From Armatimonadota bacterium (GTDB lineage: Bacteria; Cloacimonadota; Cloacimonadia; Cloacimonadales; TCS61), in the NCBI GenBank assembly GCA_013203665.1, contig JABMPU010000066.1:10206-74205 (forward strand): a stretch of DNA of 64,000 nt. Direction: 5' to 3'. How positions within the stretch are numbered: position 1 is the first letter of the stretch; each line of letters begins with the position of its first letter. A program made the position numbers and the translations under genes. The notes under the pieces are model-generated. The model ran no database searches. It was not told the DNA's origin and saw only the letters and a program-made list of their open reading frames with translations. This document shows positions 19,538-30,153 of the stretch, one piece after another.

Positions 19538-19953
19538 TGGATTTTCAGGAAGATACAGCAATTGTAAAAAAAATTGAAAACAACAAAGTTACAGTTGAAA
19601 TTCAAAGAACCGGAGCTTGTGAACATTGCGCAATAAAAGGAATTTGTGGTGCTGGAAATAAAAACATCCAACATCAAATCCAAACTGATTTGAACTTGAA
19701 AATCGGAGATCTGGTCAAAATTCATATTTCAGCAAGTTCCAAAATTTTCTCATCCTTTATTCTCTTCATTTTTCCCATTCTTGTTATGTTCATTTTTTAT
19801 ATTTTTGGTAAATATATCTTCCGGTTTAACGAAGATTTTTCAATAATTTTTTCTATTTTCGGTTTGCTTTTCAGTGGAATTATTATTTATTATATCGATA
19901 AGAAATACGAGAAGAAAATTAGTTTTAAAATTATTGGGAGGATTGAAAAATGA
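19537..19953 (+). CDS. RseC/MucC family membrane protein
   Basis: ACEHCAIKGICG motif followed by two TM helices. Confidence 0.85.
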   Translation: MDFQEDTAIVKKIENNKVTVEIQRTGACEHCAIKGICGAGNKNIQHQIQTDLNLKIGDLVKIHISASSKIFSSFILFIFPILVMFIFYIFGKYIFRFNEDFSIIFSIFGLLFSGIIIYYIDKKYEKKISFKIIGRIEK

Positions 19954-20309
19954 AAATGCATTTAAACGAAATGGTTTTTTATGGTCATCACGGTGTACAT
20001 CCTGAAGAACGAAAACTAGGTCAAAGATTTGTGGTAAATTTCAGTTATGAAACAGACCCAAAACAGGATCAGGCGATGGAACACATCGATGATACGATCG
20101 ATTACACAAAAGTTTTCTCAATTATTAAACATGTATTGGAAAAGGAAGAATTTTTACTTCTGGAAAATTGTGCTAATACAATTCTGGCAACCGTTTTAGA
20201 AACTTTTCCCAAGATTATTCATGTGAATGTAAAAATCAGAAAACCTTCTGTGCCAATTAGAGGATCACTCGGTTCAGTGGAAGTGGAGATGGATAGATTT
20301 CAGAAATGA
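19950..20309 (+). CDS. folB: Dihydroneopterin aldolase
   Basis: FYGHHGV..EERKLGQRF, TIDY, LLE, KP..P. Confidence 0.95.
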   Translation: MKMHLNEMVFYGHHGVHPEERKLGQRFVVNFSYETDPKQDQAMEHIDDTIDYTKVFSIIKHVLEKEEFLLLENCANTILATVLETFPKIIHVNVKIRKPSVPIRGSLGSVEVEMDRFQK

Positions 20310-20755
20310 TCTGCTATTTTGGTCTTGGTTCAAACCTGGGAAATCGCCAAGAATACATGCTAAAAGCTCTTTCTGAACTTTCCTTGAAAATGAAAATTCT
20401 CCAAAATTCAGAAATCATCGAAACCAAACCTTATGGAAATGTGAATCAACCTTATTTTCTAAACTGTGTTACTAAAATTGATACTGAACTTAAACCTGAT
20501 GAACTCCTGAAAATCTGCACAGAAATCGAAAATAAACTGGGAAGAAAAAGATCGCAAAAATGGGCATCACGAACCATCGATATCGATATCCTGTTTTATG
20601 GAAACGAAACATTTCAATCTGATGAATTGACTATTCCCCATCCTGAAATTCAGAAAAGAAGATTTGTCCTCAAATCATTAAATGAAATTTGTCCTGATCT
20701 TGTGCATCCGGTTTTGAATAAGAAAATATCTCAAATAATTTTGGAGTGTAAATGA
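20306..20755 (+). CDS. folK: 6-hydroxymethyl-7,8-dihydropterin pyrophosphokinase
   Basis: LGSNLG, FLN, RTIDIDIL, LTIPHP. Confidence 0.96.
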   Translation: MICYFGLGSNLGNRQEYMLKALSELSLKMKILQNSEIIETKPYGNVNQPYFLNCVTKIDTELKPDELLKICTEIENKLGRKRSQKWASRTIDIDILFYGNETFQSDELTIPHPEIQKRRFVLKSLNEICPDLVHPVLNKKISQIILECK

Positions 20756-21498
20756 AAAAACTCGCAACCATAATTCTTGCTGCTGGAAAAGGTGTAAGAA
20801 TGAAATCTGATAAACCAAAAGTCGTTTTTGAATTAGCCGGTAAACCCATGATAAACAGAGTTGTGGAAACAGCACAAAAAATTGAAAGTGACATCATCAC
20901 AATCGTTGTTGGCTATAAAAAAGAAATGATTATTGATATCATTCCAAAAACAGAAAAAATCAAATTCATAGAACAAAAAGAACAATACGGAACCGGTCAT
21001 GCAGTGATGGTAACTGAAAACGTTTTTAAAGATTTTGATGGAAATATTTTCATTCTCTGTGGAGATGTACCTCTGCTTCGAGCAGAAACTCTGCAAAAAA
21101 TGCTGACAAAACACAAAGGAACAAATGCTGCTTGTACGGTTCTCACTGCAATTATGGAGGATGCTTTAAAATATGGAAGAATAATACGAAATGAAAACGG
21201 TAATGTTCTTAAAATTATTGAATTTAAAGATGCTAGTGAAAAAGAAAAACTGGTTAAAGAAATCAATACTGGGATTTACTGCTTTGATGCAAAAAGTCTT
21301 TTTTCTGCTTTGAAAAAAGTAACTAATAATAATCAACAAAACGAATACTATTTAACTGATACATTAGAAATTCTAAACAATGATAAGAAGCTTGTTACAT
21401 CTGTTCTTCTGGATGACATGATAGAAGCTTCCGGAGTGAATTCCAAAGAGCAGCTAAACAACCTGGAAAAGGAATACTTTAAAACCAATGAATTATAA
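20752..21498 (+). CDS. GlmU-like nucleotidyltransferase, N-terminal domain only
   Basis: ILAAGKGVRMKSDKPKV, GTGHA, GDVPL, EINTGIY, EYYLTD, GVN; no hexapeptide-repeat acetyltransferase domain. Confidence 0.9.
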   Translation: MKKLATIILAAGKGVRMKSDKPKVVFELAGKPMINRVVETAQKIESDIITIVVGYKKEMIIDIIPKTEKIKFIEQKEQYGTGHAVMVTENVFKDFDGNIFILCGDVPLLRAETLQKMLTKHKGTNAACTVLTAIMEDALKYGRIIRNENGNVLKIIEFKDASEKEKLVKEINTGIYCFDAKSLFSALKKVTNNNQQNEYYLTDTLEILNNDKKLVTSVLLDDMIEASGVNSKEQLNNLEKEYFKTNEL

Positions 21499-21508
21499 AG
21501 GTGATTGA

Positions 21509-22552
21509 GTGAATAAGATTCCAGATAATAACAAATATTCCGAATTGCTTGGCAATATAGGCAAGCTTCTTGAAAAATCGCGTAAAGCTGCCATTCAAAA
21601 AGTTAATAACATTCTTGTGCAAACCTATTGGAATATCGGGAAACGAATTGTAGAATTTGAACAAGGTGGGAAGGAAAAAGCAGACTATGGCAGCGAGCTG
21701 CTAAAGAGATTATCAAATGATTTGAAAGAACGTTTTGGGAAAGGATTTAGCCGATCTAACCTGCAATATATGCGTTTGCTCTATCTGAAATACCAAAAAT
21801 ACCAGACACTGTCTGGCAAATTGAGTTGGTCTCATTACGTTGAAATTCTATCAATTTCAGATGAGCTGACTCGCTCATTTTACGAAAAACAATGCAATAG
21901 TGAAAACTGGTCTGTGAGAGAATTAAAACGACAAATAGATTCCGGTCTTTTTCAAAGAATAGCTTTGAGTAAAGACAAAAAAGGAGTTCTTAAATTAGCC
22001 AAAGAGGGTCAACTCTTTGAAAATGTTGAAGATATTATTAAAGACCCGTATGTGTTTGAGTTTTTAAATATTCCGGAAAATTATCGTCATTCCGAAAAAG
22101 AATTGGAAAACAGACTTATTGATGAACTCGGACATTTCCTTTTGGAGCTTGGAAAGGGATTTGCTTTCATCGGCAGGCAATTTAGAATAACTTTGAATAA
22201 TACACATTATTTTGTGGATCTTGTATTTTATCATAGAATCTTGAAATGCTTCGTCCTGATTGATTTGAAACTTGCAAAAGCAAACCATCAGGATATCGGG
22301 CAGATGAATCTTTACCTGAATTATTTTAAAAATGAAGAAAATGAAACTGATGATAACGAACCAATTGGAATTATACTTGCCGCTGATAAAGATAAAATAC
22401 TTGTAGAGTACGCAACCGGTTCTATCTCAAACCAGCTTTTTGTATCAAAATATCAATTATATCTCCCGGATAAACATCTGCTGGAGCAAGAACTGAAATA
22501 TCTGCTGGAACAAGAAAATATAAAAAATAAGAAATCACAGGAGAGACTATGA
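21509..22552 (+). CDS. YhcG/DUF1016 PD-(D/E)XK nuclease family protein
   Basis: YWNIGKRI, LSWSHY, WSVRELKRQI, IKDPYVFEFL, DLVFYHRILKC..LIDLK, GQMNLY. Confidence 0.95.
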   Translation: MNKIPDNNKYSELLGNIGKLLEKSRKAAIQKVNNILVQTYWNIGKRIVEFEQGGKEKADYGSELLKRLSNDLKERFGKGFSRSNLQYMRLLYLKYQKYQTLSGKLSWSHYVEILSISDELTRSFYEKQCNSENWSVRELKRQIDSGLFQRIALSKDKKGVLKLAKEGQLFENVEDIIKDPYVFEFLNIPENYRHSEKELENRLIDELGHFLLELGKGFAFIGRQFRITLNNTHYFVDLVFYHRILKCFVLIDLKLAKANHQDIGQMNLYLNYFKNEENETDDNEPIGIILAADKDKILVEYATGSISNQLFVSKYQLYLPDKHLLEQELKYLLEQENIKNKKSQERL

Positions 22553-23043
22553 GTGATATTTTATATTCACCCTGGAGATTGAAATATATTTTATCAAACA
22601 AAGATGACAAATGCATTTTATGCCTTAAACTATCTGAAAAAGATGATGAGCATCTCATACTTTTCAGAAGTAAATACAGCTTTGTAATGATGAACCTGTA
22701 TCCTTATAATAACGGTCATCTCATGGTGGTTCCAAACAATCATGTTTCCGCCTTGAATAAATTATCAAAAGAAGAATTGAATGATCTTTTTGAGACAGTT
22801 CAACTTTGTGAGAAAGTACTTCAGAGAAAATACAATCCTGATGGATTTAATATCGGTTTAAATCTGGGAAAATCTGCAGGTGCAGGAATCGATGAACATT
22901 TACATGTTCATATTGTTCCCCGTTGGGCAGGTGATGTAAATTTTATGACCTCTATCGGAGGTACACGAGTAATTCCGGAAAATTTTGAAACCGCCTTCAA
23001 ACAACTCAAAGAACAATTTGACAACGAAAGGGCTCAAAAATAA
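22549..23043 (+). CDS. HIT family hydrolase
   Basis: NLYPYNNGHLMV, AGAGIDEHLHVHIVPRW. Confidence 0.95.
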   Translation: MSDILYSPWRLKYILSNKDDKCILCLKLSEKDDEHLILFRSKYSFVMMNLYPYNNGHLMVVPNNHVSALNKLSKEELNDLFETVQLCEKVLQRKYNPDGFNIGLNLGKSAGAGIDEHLHVHIVPRWAGDVNFMTSIGGTRVIPENFETAFKQLKEQFDNERAQK

Positions 23044-23044
23044 T

Positions 23045-23467
23045 TTGGCACGCAATAAAAATAAGCCTAAATCAGCATTATATCTGGTTTTATTGCTCAT
23101 TATCGCAGCGTTTATTTTTTATTTGTTCTTTAATTTCAAAAGAGAAAAAAGCGATATTGTAAAGGTCTCGATCCCAACCATTAAGCTGGCTTTATTAAAT
23201 GGCTGTGGATATCCTGGAATTGCCAAAGAAGTGAAAGATATCTTAGTCGATAAAAATTTCGATGTTATTGCCTGGAGAAATGTTGAAAGAGATATGTTCA
23301 TCTATGAAAAATCCATCATAGTTATAAAAAAATATGATAAAGATAAACTGTCATATTTTCAGAAAATGACCGGTCTTAACAGAAGAATTTTTGCTCTTGA
23401 TGATAATACAATAGAAGACTTTCAAATAATTTTGGGAAAGGACTTTAAAAAATATTTTAAAAAATAG
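23045..23467 (+). CDS. Membrane-anchored LytR C-terminal domain protein (TTG start inferred)
   Basis: One TM helix then LLNGCGYPGIA...IILGKDF; upstream of rsfS. Confidence 0.8.
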   Translation: MARNKNKPKSALYLVLLLIIAAFIFYLFFNFKREKSDIVKVSIPTIKLALLNGCGYPGIAKEVKDILVDKNFDVIAWRNVERDMFIYEKSIIVIKKYDKDKLSYFQKMTGLNRRIFALDDNTIEDFQIILGKDFKKYFKK

Positions 23468-23474
23468 GAGAATA

Positions 23475-23846
23475 ATGGAATTATCTCATAAAGAAATAAT
23501 AATAAAAATAATTGATTGGTTAAAAGAAAAAAAAGCTGAAAATATTCTTCATTTTGATTTAAAAGATAAATCTGATTTAACTGATTCTATGATTATTTGT
23601 CATGGAACCGGTGAACTGCATACAAAAGCAATTGCAGAAAATGTAATTCAGAAATCCAAAGATCAAAAGATCCATATTTTCGCTACCGAAGGTCTGGGAA
23701 ATGCAACCTGGATTTTAATAGATTTTATTGATATTATTGTACACATTTTTAATGAAGATACCAGAAATTACTACAAATTAGAAGAGTTATGGAATGTAAA
23801 CCATCATAACAAAAAGGATGTAGAAGCAGATTATGTTAAAAGCTAA
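23475..23846 (+). CDS. rsfS: Ribosome silencing factor
   Basis: KKAENI, WILID..DIIVHIF...R.YY.LE.LW. Confidence 0.96.
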   Translation: MELSHKEIIIKIIDWLKEKKAENILHFDLKDKSDLTDSMIICHGTGELHTKAIAENVIQKSKDQKIHIFATEGLGNATWILIDFIDIIVHIFNEDTRNYYKLEELWNVNHHNKKDVEADYVKS

Positions 23847-25485
23847 GATTCTGAAAGATTTAAAAAAAGGCATGTCGAAACTTGATTTCAAATTCGAGGA
23901 TAATTTTTCAATCGAGGTTCCAAATATCGTTGAACATGGTGATTTTTCATCTAATATTGCTCTTTTGAATGCCAGAAAAAACAAAATGAAACCACGCGAT
24001 ATGGCAGAAAAAATCGCAGATTATTTAATTCTTAAACGGGATTATAAATCCGTCGAAGTTGCCGGACCTGGTTTTATCAATATAAAATTGGCAAATAATG
24101 TTTATCATAAAGGATTAATTCAAATCATAACCAAAAAGCATAAGTTTGGTTCTTCAAAATATGGAAAAAAGAGAAAGATATTATTGGAATTTGTGAGTGC
24201 AAATCCCACCGGTCCTTTAAATATTGTAAGTGCACGTGCTGCTGCTTATGGTGATTCACTGTATAGAATTATGAATTTTGTAGGATTTCAGGCATTTAGA
24301 GAATTTTATATAAATGATGCCGGCAACCAGGTTGATATTTTAGCAGAATCGATTGAAATAAGATATCGAGAAATTCTTGGAGATGAAATAGAAGAATTTC
24401 CCACTGAAGCATATCATGGAGAATACATCAAAGATCTGGCTGCAAGATTGTACACTTCGGAAGGTAAAAACCTCTTCTATCTGGCAGAAAAAGACAGGCT
24501 GGAAAGAATGAAAAATTTTGCTCTTGAAGATATCCATCAATCCCAATTAGAAAGTTTAGAACGATTTGGAGTGAACTTTGAAAATTGGATGTCCGAAAAA
24601 AAATTACGGCAGGAAGGAATTTTAGAAGAAGCTCTAAGTTATCTTGCCGAAGCAAATTGCACTTACGAAAGCGACGATGCTGTCTGGTTTTCATCGACTA
24701 AATTTGGTGATGAAAAAGACCGTGTGCTCATTAAATCTGACGGTCATCCTACTTATCTTGTTCCGGATATTGCCTATCATATCACAAAATACCAGCGTGG
24801 ATTCAGCATTATGATCGATGTTTTCGGACCAGACCATCATGCTCACGTTGCCAAACTTCGAGCTGCAATGCTGGCTCTCGATTATGACATTGAAAAACTC
24901 AAGGTTGTTTATTTGCAGCATATCACACTTTATTCCCACGGCGATAAAATTAAAATGTCGAAACGTGCCGGTAAGATCATAACGATGGATGACTTGATAG
25001 ATGAAGTAGGTAAAGATGCTGCTCGTTTTTTCTTTATAAATAGGAAACCTACAGCTCACCTGGATTTTGATATGGAACTTGCCAAGAAGAAATCAAATGA
25101 AAATCCTGTTTATTATTGCCAGTATGCTCATGCAAGAATTTGCAGTATCCTCAAAAAAGCCAGAAAACAAAAAATAATTCTTAAAACATTTGATGTGAAA
25201 AACCTGAAAAAACTGAATAAAGAGGAAGAACTCACAATCATCAAGAAGCTTTTGGAGCTGCCTTCTATTTTGATTTCTGTGGCAGATAGCTTTGAGCCGC
25301 ATCGTTTATCAGGATATGTTCAAGAACTTGCAGGTTTGTTCCATAAATATTATTCAAAATACAAAATAATTAATGAGAACAAAATAGAATTGAGCCAAAG
25401 CCGATTGTATCTAATAACTGCTATAAAAAATGTAATTTCAATTTCTCTGAATTTAATGGGAATTTCTGCTCCTGATAAGATGTAA
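23833..25485 (+). CDS. argS: Arginine--tRNA ligase
   Basis: HGDFSSN, GPGFIN, EFVSANPTGPL, YINDAG, KMSKRAG, YAHAR. Confidence 0.97.
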   Translation: MLKAKILKDLKKGMSKLDFKFEDNFSIEVPNIVEHGDFSSNIALLNARKNKMKPRDMAEKIADYLILKRDYKSVEVAGPGFINIKLANNVYHKGLIQIITKKHKFGSSKYGKKRKILLEFVSANPTGPLNIVSARAAAYGDSLYRIMNFVGFQAFREFYINDAGNQVDILAESIEIRYREILGDEIEEFPTEAYHGEYIKDLAARLYTSEGKNLFYLAEKDRLERMKNFALEDIHQSQLESLERFGVNFENWMSEKKLRQEGILEEALSYLAEANCTYESDDAVWFSSTKFGDEKDRVLIKSDGHPTYLVPDIAYHITKYQRGFSIMIDVFGPDHHAHVAKLRAAMLALDYDIEKLKVVYLQHITLYSHGDKIKMSKRAGKIITMDDLIDEVGKDAARFFFINRKPTAHLDFDMELAKKKSNENPVYYCQYAHARICSILKKARKQKIILKTFDVKNLKKLNKEEELTIIKKLLELPSILISVADSFEPHRLSGYVQELAGLFHKYYSKYKIINENKIELSQSRLYLITAIKNVISISLNLMGISAPDKM

Positions 25486-25545
25486 TTTTATTTTCCGTTA
25501 TTAATCTCTGAAATTGAAAACTTTATAAAATCGAGATAAGAAATT

Positions 25546-26046
25546 ATGAAAAAATTAATTGTATTATCAGATACTCATAAGAATCAAATCTTATTGAGGA
25601 GAGTTCTCTCAAACGAAGAAAATCTCACTCATATTTTTCATTTAGGAGATTTCTACGAAGACCTGGATAATAACTTTGATCTTATAGATGAAAAGGAAAT
25701 TGTGAAAATTCCCGGTATTTTCCATTCAAAATATTTGGATAAAACTCTTCCAGCAATTCAATCTGCAAACATCTCAGGTTGGAATTTCCTGCTTATTCAT
25801 AACATCGAAGATTTAAAGGACATTCCCAATTCAACCGATTTCATTCTTTATGGTCACACCCATCAGTATAGTTTTGAAAAGAGAAATAATCTCTATTTTC
25901 TAAATCCTGGTCATCTTAAAGAAAAAATTGAAAAGAATAGAAAAGCTTCGTATGTGATTATGAATATAACACCATCTCAGGTTGAATTTTTTTTCAAATA
26001 CTTAGATGGTTCTGTATTTCATTCAGAAAAAATAAATCGTAATTAA
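25546..26046 (+). CDS. YfcE-like metallophosphoesterase
   Basis: SDTH, HLGD, YGHTH, NPG motifs. Confidence 0.88.
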   Translation: MKKLIVLSDTHKNQILLRRVLSNEENLTHIFHLGDFYEDLDNNFDLIDEKEIVKIPGIFHSKYLDKTLPAIQSANISGWNFLLIHNIEDLKDIPNSTDFILYGHTHQYSFEKRNNLYFLNPGHLKEKIEKNRKASYVIMNITPSQVEFFFKYLDGSVFHSEKINRN

Positions 26047-26064
26047 ATATATTTTGGAGGAACA

Positions 26065-27051
26065 ATGACGATTGAAGAAATCAATCAAAAGGTCATGGAA
26101 AAAAGCGAGATAATTGATAATATCAATGCTGAAATCAGTAAAGTGATTGTCGGTCAAAAATATATGATCAAAAGGATTTTGATAGGTTTAATAGCAGATG
26201 GTCACATTTTATTGGAAGGAGTTCCTGGTCTGGCAAAAACTCTTGCTGTGAGTACAGTTTCCAAAACCATCAAAGCCAGCTTTAAAAGACTGCAATTTAC
26301 TCCGGACCTGCTTCCAGCAGATTTGATTGGCACCTTGATTTATAATCAAAAAACCACTGAGTTCGTACCCAAAAAAGGACCGATTTTTGCCAATTTTATC
26401 CTGGCAGATGAAATCAACAGAGCACCAGCAAAAGTTCAATCTGCACTTTTGGAATCGATGCAGGAAAGGCAAGTAACTATTAGTGATACAACTTATCCAC
26501 TTCCAAAACCTTTTTTGGTAATGGCTACTCAGAATCCTATTGAACAAGAAGGAACTTATCCCCTTCCGGAAGCACAAGTAGACCGTTTCATGCTGAAACT
26601 GCTGATCGATTATCCATCGCGAGAAGAAGAACTGCAGATAATGGAAAGAATGGTTCCTAATGATGATATCTCGATAAAAGCTGTTATGAATCCAAAAGAT
26701 ATTTTGGAAATTAGAAAAACTGTAAAAGATATTCATATGGAAACAAAAATTAAAGATTATATTTTGGATCTTGTTTTTGCCACCAGAGAGCCAGTAAAAT
26801 TCAAGAATTTAAAAGAGCTTTCAGATTTGATCGATTATGGTGCTTCTCCAAGAGCATCGATCTATCTTGCACAAGCAGCAAAAGCTCATGCTTTTTTAGA
26901 ACATCGCGGATACGTAACTCCGGATGATATTAAAGCAATCGGCAAAGATATTTTACGACATCGCATCATTCTTACGTATGAAGCTGAAGCTGAGCAAATA
27001 ACTCAGGAAGATATTGTGAACAGACTTTTTGATGAGATTGAAGTACCGTAA
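26065..27051 (+). CDS. moxR: MoxR-family AAA+ ATPase
   Basis: EGVPGLAKT, QFTPDLLPAD, DEINRA, ATQNPIEQEGTYPLPEAQVDRF. Confidence 0.97.
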   Translation: MTIEEINQKVMEKSEIIDNINAEISKVIVGQKYMIKRILIGLIADGHILLEGVPGLAKTLAVSTVSKTIKASFKRLQFTPDLLPADLIGTLIYNQKTTEFVPKKGPIFANFILADEINRAPAKVQSALLESMQERQVTISDTTYPLPKPFLVMATQNPIEQEGTYPLPEAQVDRFMLKLLIDYPSREEELQIMERMVPNDDISIKAVMNPKDILEIRKTVKDIHMETKIKDYILDLVFATREPVKFKNLKELSDLIDYGASPRASIYLAQAAKAHAFLEHRGYVTPDDIKAIGKDILRHRIILTYEAEAEQITQEDIVNRLFDEIEVP

Positions 27052-27053
27052 AA

Positions 27054-27216
27054 GATTGAAAATTGAATATTGAATATTGAAAAAATGAAGAGTCAAAAGA
27101 TGAATGTTCTTCCGTCTAATCCGGCTTTAATCGCCTTGAGAGATTAGACGGAAACGACGAGTCGAGACAAATTCTTTAGAATCTCGAGTCGTTGTCGCAA
27201 GCTTCTTACGACTCGA
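27054..27216. repeat. ATTGAA(A/T) heptamer tract plus palindromic elements
   Basis: attgaaaattgaatattgaatattgaa; TTCCGTCTAATC...GATTAGACGGAA; CGAGTCGT...ACGACTCG. Confidence 0.75.
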
Positions 27217-27226
27217 AAATAATTTC

Positions 27227-28117
27227 ATGGTTAAAAAAATGGAAACAGCAGAGATAATTAAAAGAATTCGCAAAATCGAAATCACAACTCGTAACCTTGT
27301 GAACGAACTATTTTCAGGCGAATATCACAGCCTTTTCAAAGGGCAAGGATTGGAATTCTCCGAAGTTCGTGCCTATCAGGAAGGAGACAGTTTTCGTCAG
27401 ATTGACTGGAATGTAACAGCCAGACACGGATATCCTTTTATCAAGAAATTCGAGGAAACGCGTGAATTGAATGTGATGTTCCTTGTTGATTGCAGCGCCT
27501 CTACCCTATTTGGAACAAAAAGTTTCCTGAAATCAGAATTCATCACGGAAATCACTGCAGTGCTTTCTTTTTCCGCAATTTCAAATAACGATAAAGTAGG
27601 TTGTCTTCTTTTCACAGATGAAGTCGAAAAATTCATCCCTCCCAGAAAAGGGAAAAAACACGCCTTAAGAATTTTACGCGATATTTTATATTTTGATCCT
27701 AAAAGTAAAAAAACAAATATCAAAATCGCAGTTGAATATATTTATCGTTTGATAAAGAAGAGAAGTATAATTTTTGTGATTTCAGATTTCCTGGATAAAG
27801 ATTATGATGACAGCTTGAAACTGCTGGCAAAAAAACATGATGTGATTGCACTTCGGATAATTGATAAATCCGAAACTGAAATGCCTGATGCAGGTCTGCT
27901 TCTTCTTAGAGATCCAGAATCAGATGAGATATTAACTATAAATTCTTCAAATAAAAATTTTAGAGAAAAGTACAAAAATGCTATTCTTAAATTAGAAAAT
28001 GAAATGGCTGTTAGATTCAGAAAAATGAAAATCGATTTGATAACTTTGAGGACTGATAAACCTTATGCACCTGAATTGATGAAGTTTTTTAAATTAAGAA
28101 TAAAAATGAAAAGGTAA
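27227..28117 (+). CDS. DUF58 domain protein
   Basis: GLEFSEVRAYQEGD.FRQIDWNVTAR, EETREL, DCSAS, ISDF. Confidence 0.95.
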   Translation: MVKKMETAEIIKRIRKIEITTRNLVNELFSGEYHSLFKGQGLEFSEVRAYQEGDSFRQIDWNVTARHGYPFIKKFEETRELNVMFLVDCSASTLFGTKSFLKSEFITEITAVLSFSAISNNDKVGCLLFTDEVEKFIPPRKGKKHALRILRDILYFDPKSKKTNIKIAVEYIYRLIKKRSIIFVISDFLDKDYDDSLKLLAKKHDVIALRIIDKSETEMPDAGLLLLRDPESDEILTINSSNKNFREKYKNAILKLENEMAVRFRKMKIDLITLRTDKPYAPELMKFFKLRIKMKR

Positions 28118-28177
28118 TGTAACATAAACCTCCGGTTTGTGAAAAAAAAGATCTCAAAGCAGAGCTATGAGTTACAA

Positions 28178-29107
28178 ATGAAAAAAAGTTTTTTTATTAT
28201 ATTGATTCTAATTCCAATATTATCATTCTCGCAGAGTTTGGAATACAAACTTGATAAACCTAATAATCTTTTTATTGGCACACCTTTTCATATTTTAGTC
28301 GAGATTGCATCAGATCCTGAAGACAGCATTTTTACACCTGAAATTGATACTCTAAATGTTTTTATTTTGAAAAATGTAGTTTCAAGTGAAACAATGTCTG
28401 ATGATATAAAAACCACGTATCTTGATTTTACTTTTCAAACTTTTGATACTGGAGAATTTACTTTCCCCGAATTAGAATTTGCTGTTAAATCCAATGATAG
28501 TCTTTCTTTTCTAAGAACTTCAGCATTCATTTTGAATGTTAAATCCGTCATTTCAGATACAACTCAAACAATTAAAGATATTGCAAAACCGGTTTCTGTA
28601 AATTTCGGGTTTTTTGATTTTTTTGTACCGATTATTATAATTTTTATCTTGATTGTTATTATCATTTATCTCAGAAAAATATTGCGAAAAAAACCGGAAC
28701 AGCAAACGGAACAGGAATTTATCGACAAAAGACCAACTTATATAATTGCCCTGGAAATGCTGAATAATCTAAAAAAACGTGAACTTCTTAAGACGGGTGA
28801 ATTCCTGATTTTTTATTTCCATCTTTCTTATATTACGCGGTTTTTCATTGAAAGATATTATCAAATAAATGCAGTGGAAATGACAACAAGCGAAATCAGA
28901 GAAAAACTGCAACTCGATAATTTCAAAGAAAAATCAAAAATCATGAATTTCCTGAATTTTGCAGATAAAGTAAAATTTGCCAAATTCATCCCAACTTTGA
29001 AGGAATCCGGAAATTCATTTGATTGGCTGGGAAATTATTTGAAGTCGTTTGAAAGTATTAGCAACAAACAAAACAAACAAGACGAACAGAAAAGGGTTCC
29101 TAAATGA
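28178..29107 (+). CDS. Bat-operon associated membrane protein
   Basis: Signal peptide, IKDI..P, TM helix, A.EMTT.E, ADKVKFAK; located between DUF58 and batA. Confidence 0.85.
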   Translation: MKKSFFIILILIPILSFSQSLEYKLDKPNNLFIGTPFHILVEIASDPEDSIFTPEIDTLNVFILKNVVSSETMSDDIKTTYLDFTFQTFDTGEFTFPELEFAVKSNDSLSFLRTSAFILNVKSVISDTTQTIKDIAKPVSVNFGFFDFFVPIIIIFILIVIIIYLRKILRKKPEQQTEQEFIDKRPTYIIALEMLNNLKKRELLKTGEFLIFYFHLSYITRFFIERYYQINAVEMTTSEIREKLQLDNFKEKSKIMNFLNFADKVKFAKFIPTLKESGNSFDWLGNYLKSFESISNKQNKQDEQKRVPK

Positions 29108-29155
29108 TTAGTAATTTTGTTCGTAATTGTTCGTTGTTAAATAGGATTTTAAAAA

Positions 29156-30145
29156 ATGCTTGAATTCGTCTCTCCTAACTGGTTTTGGGGATTGTTGATT
29201 TTAATTCCGATTGTTGTTTATCATCTTTTTTATAAACAAAAAAAACAGGTTTATCTTGTTCACAGTAGAATCGATCTGATAAAAGAAATTGTCAAACGAA
29301 GTAGCTGGTTAAGATATCTTTCATTGCTTCTAAGATGCATAATTATCATACTTTTGATTTTCGCATTAGCCAGACCTCGTTTATCTCATAAACGCAAAGA
29401 AATTATTGGAAAAGGTATCGATATTATTTTAGCTATCGACGTGAGCGGAAGTATGAGAGCAGTTGATTTCAAGCCAATCAATCGTTTGGAAGCATCCAAA
29501 AAAGTTGCTATCGATTTCATCGAAAAAAGAAGAAATGACCGCATCGGATTAATCATCTTTTCGGAAAATGCATTCACTCAATGTCCGCTTACATTAGATT
29601 ATAATATCTTGATGCAAATTATGGAAAAAGCGGAAATAAACGAACAGGCAAATGGAACAGCAATTGGCATGGGACTGGCAACTTCTGTAGCTCGGTTAAA
29701 AGATTCCGAAGCAAAATCTAAAGTTATAATTTTAATAACTGACGGACGAAATAATACAGGAGAGATCGATCCGTTCACTGCTGCAGATTTGGCTGCTACT
29801 TTTGGAATTAAAGTTTATCCGATTGGAGTTGGATGTATAGGGTTGGTCGATTATCCAATGCAAACTGCATTCGGCATCAGATATCAAAAAGTTAAGATTG
29901 AAATGGATATGGAATCGCTAAATAAAATTGCTGAAATAACCGGCACAGAAAGAGCGCGACGAGCCACTAATACAGAAGAATTACAGGCTATCATCGAACT
30001 CATCGATCAAATGGAAAAATCTGAAATTAAAGAATTTAATTATTTCGAATATGATGAATTGTTCCCCAGATTTCTTTTTGCAGCTTTCATATTTGCTTTG
30101 ATTGAGTTCACATTTACAGTGATTTTAAGAAGAGAAATCCCGTGA
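29156..30145 (+). CDS. batA: BatA VWA domain protein
   Basis: ALARP, DVSGSM MIDAS, TQCPLT.D, GTAIG.GLA, TDG.NN.G. Confidence 0.92.
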   Translation: MLEFVSPNWFWGLLILIPIVVYHLFYKQKKQVYLVHSRIDLIKEIVKRSSWLRYLSLLLRCIIIILLIFALARPRLSHKRKEIIGKGIDIILAIDVSGSMRAVDFKPINRLEASKKVAIDFIEKRRNDRIGLIIFSENAFTQCPLTLDYNILMQIMEKAEINEQANGTAIGMGLATSVARLKDSEAKSKVIILITDGRNNTGEIDPFTAADLAATFGIKVYPIGVGCIGLVDYPMQTAFGIRYQKVKIEMDMESLNKIAEITGTERARRATNTEELQAIIELIDQMEKSEIKEFNYFEYDELFPRFLFAAFIFALIEFTFTVILRREIP

Positions 30146-30153
30146 TGAAAAAG

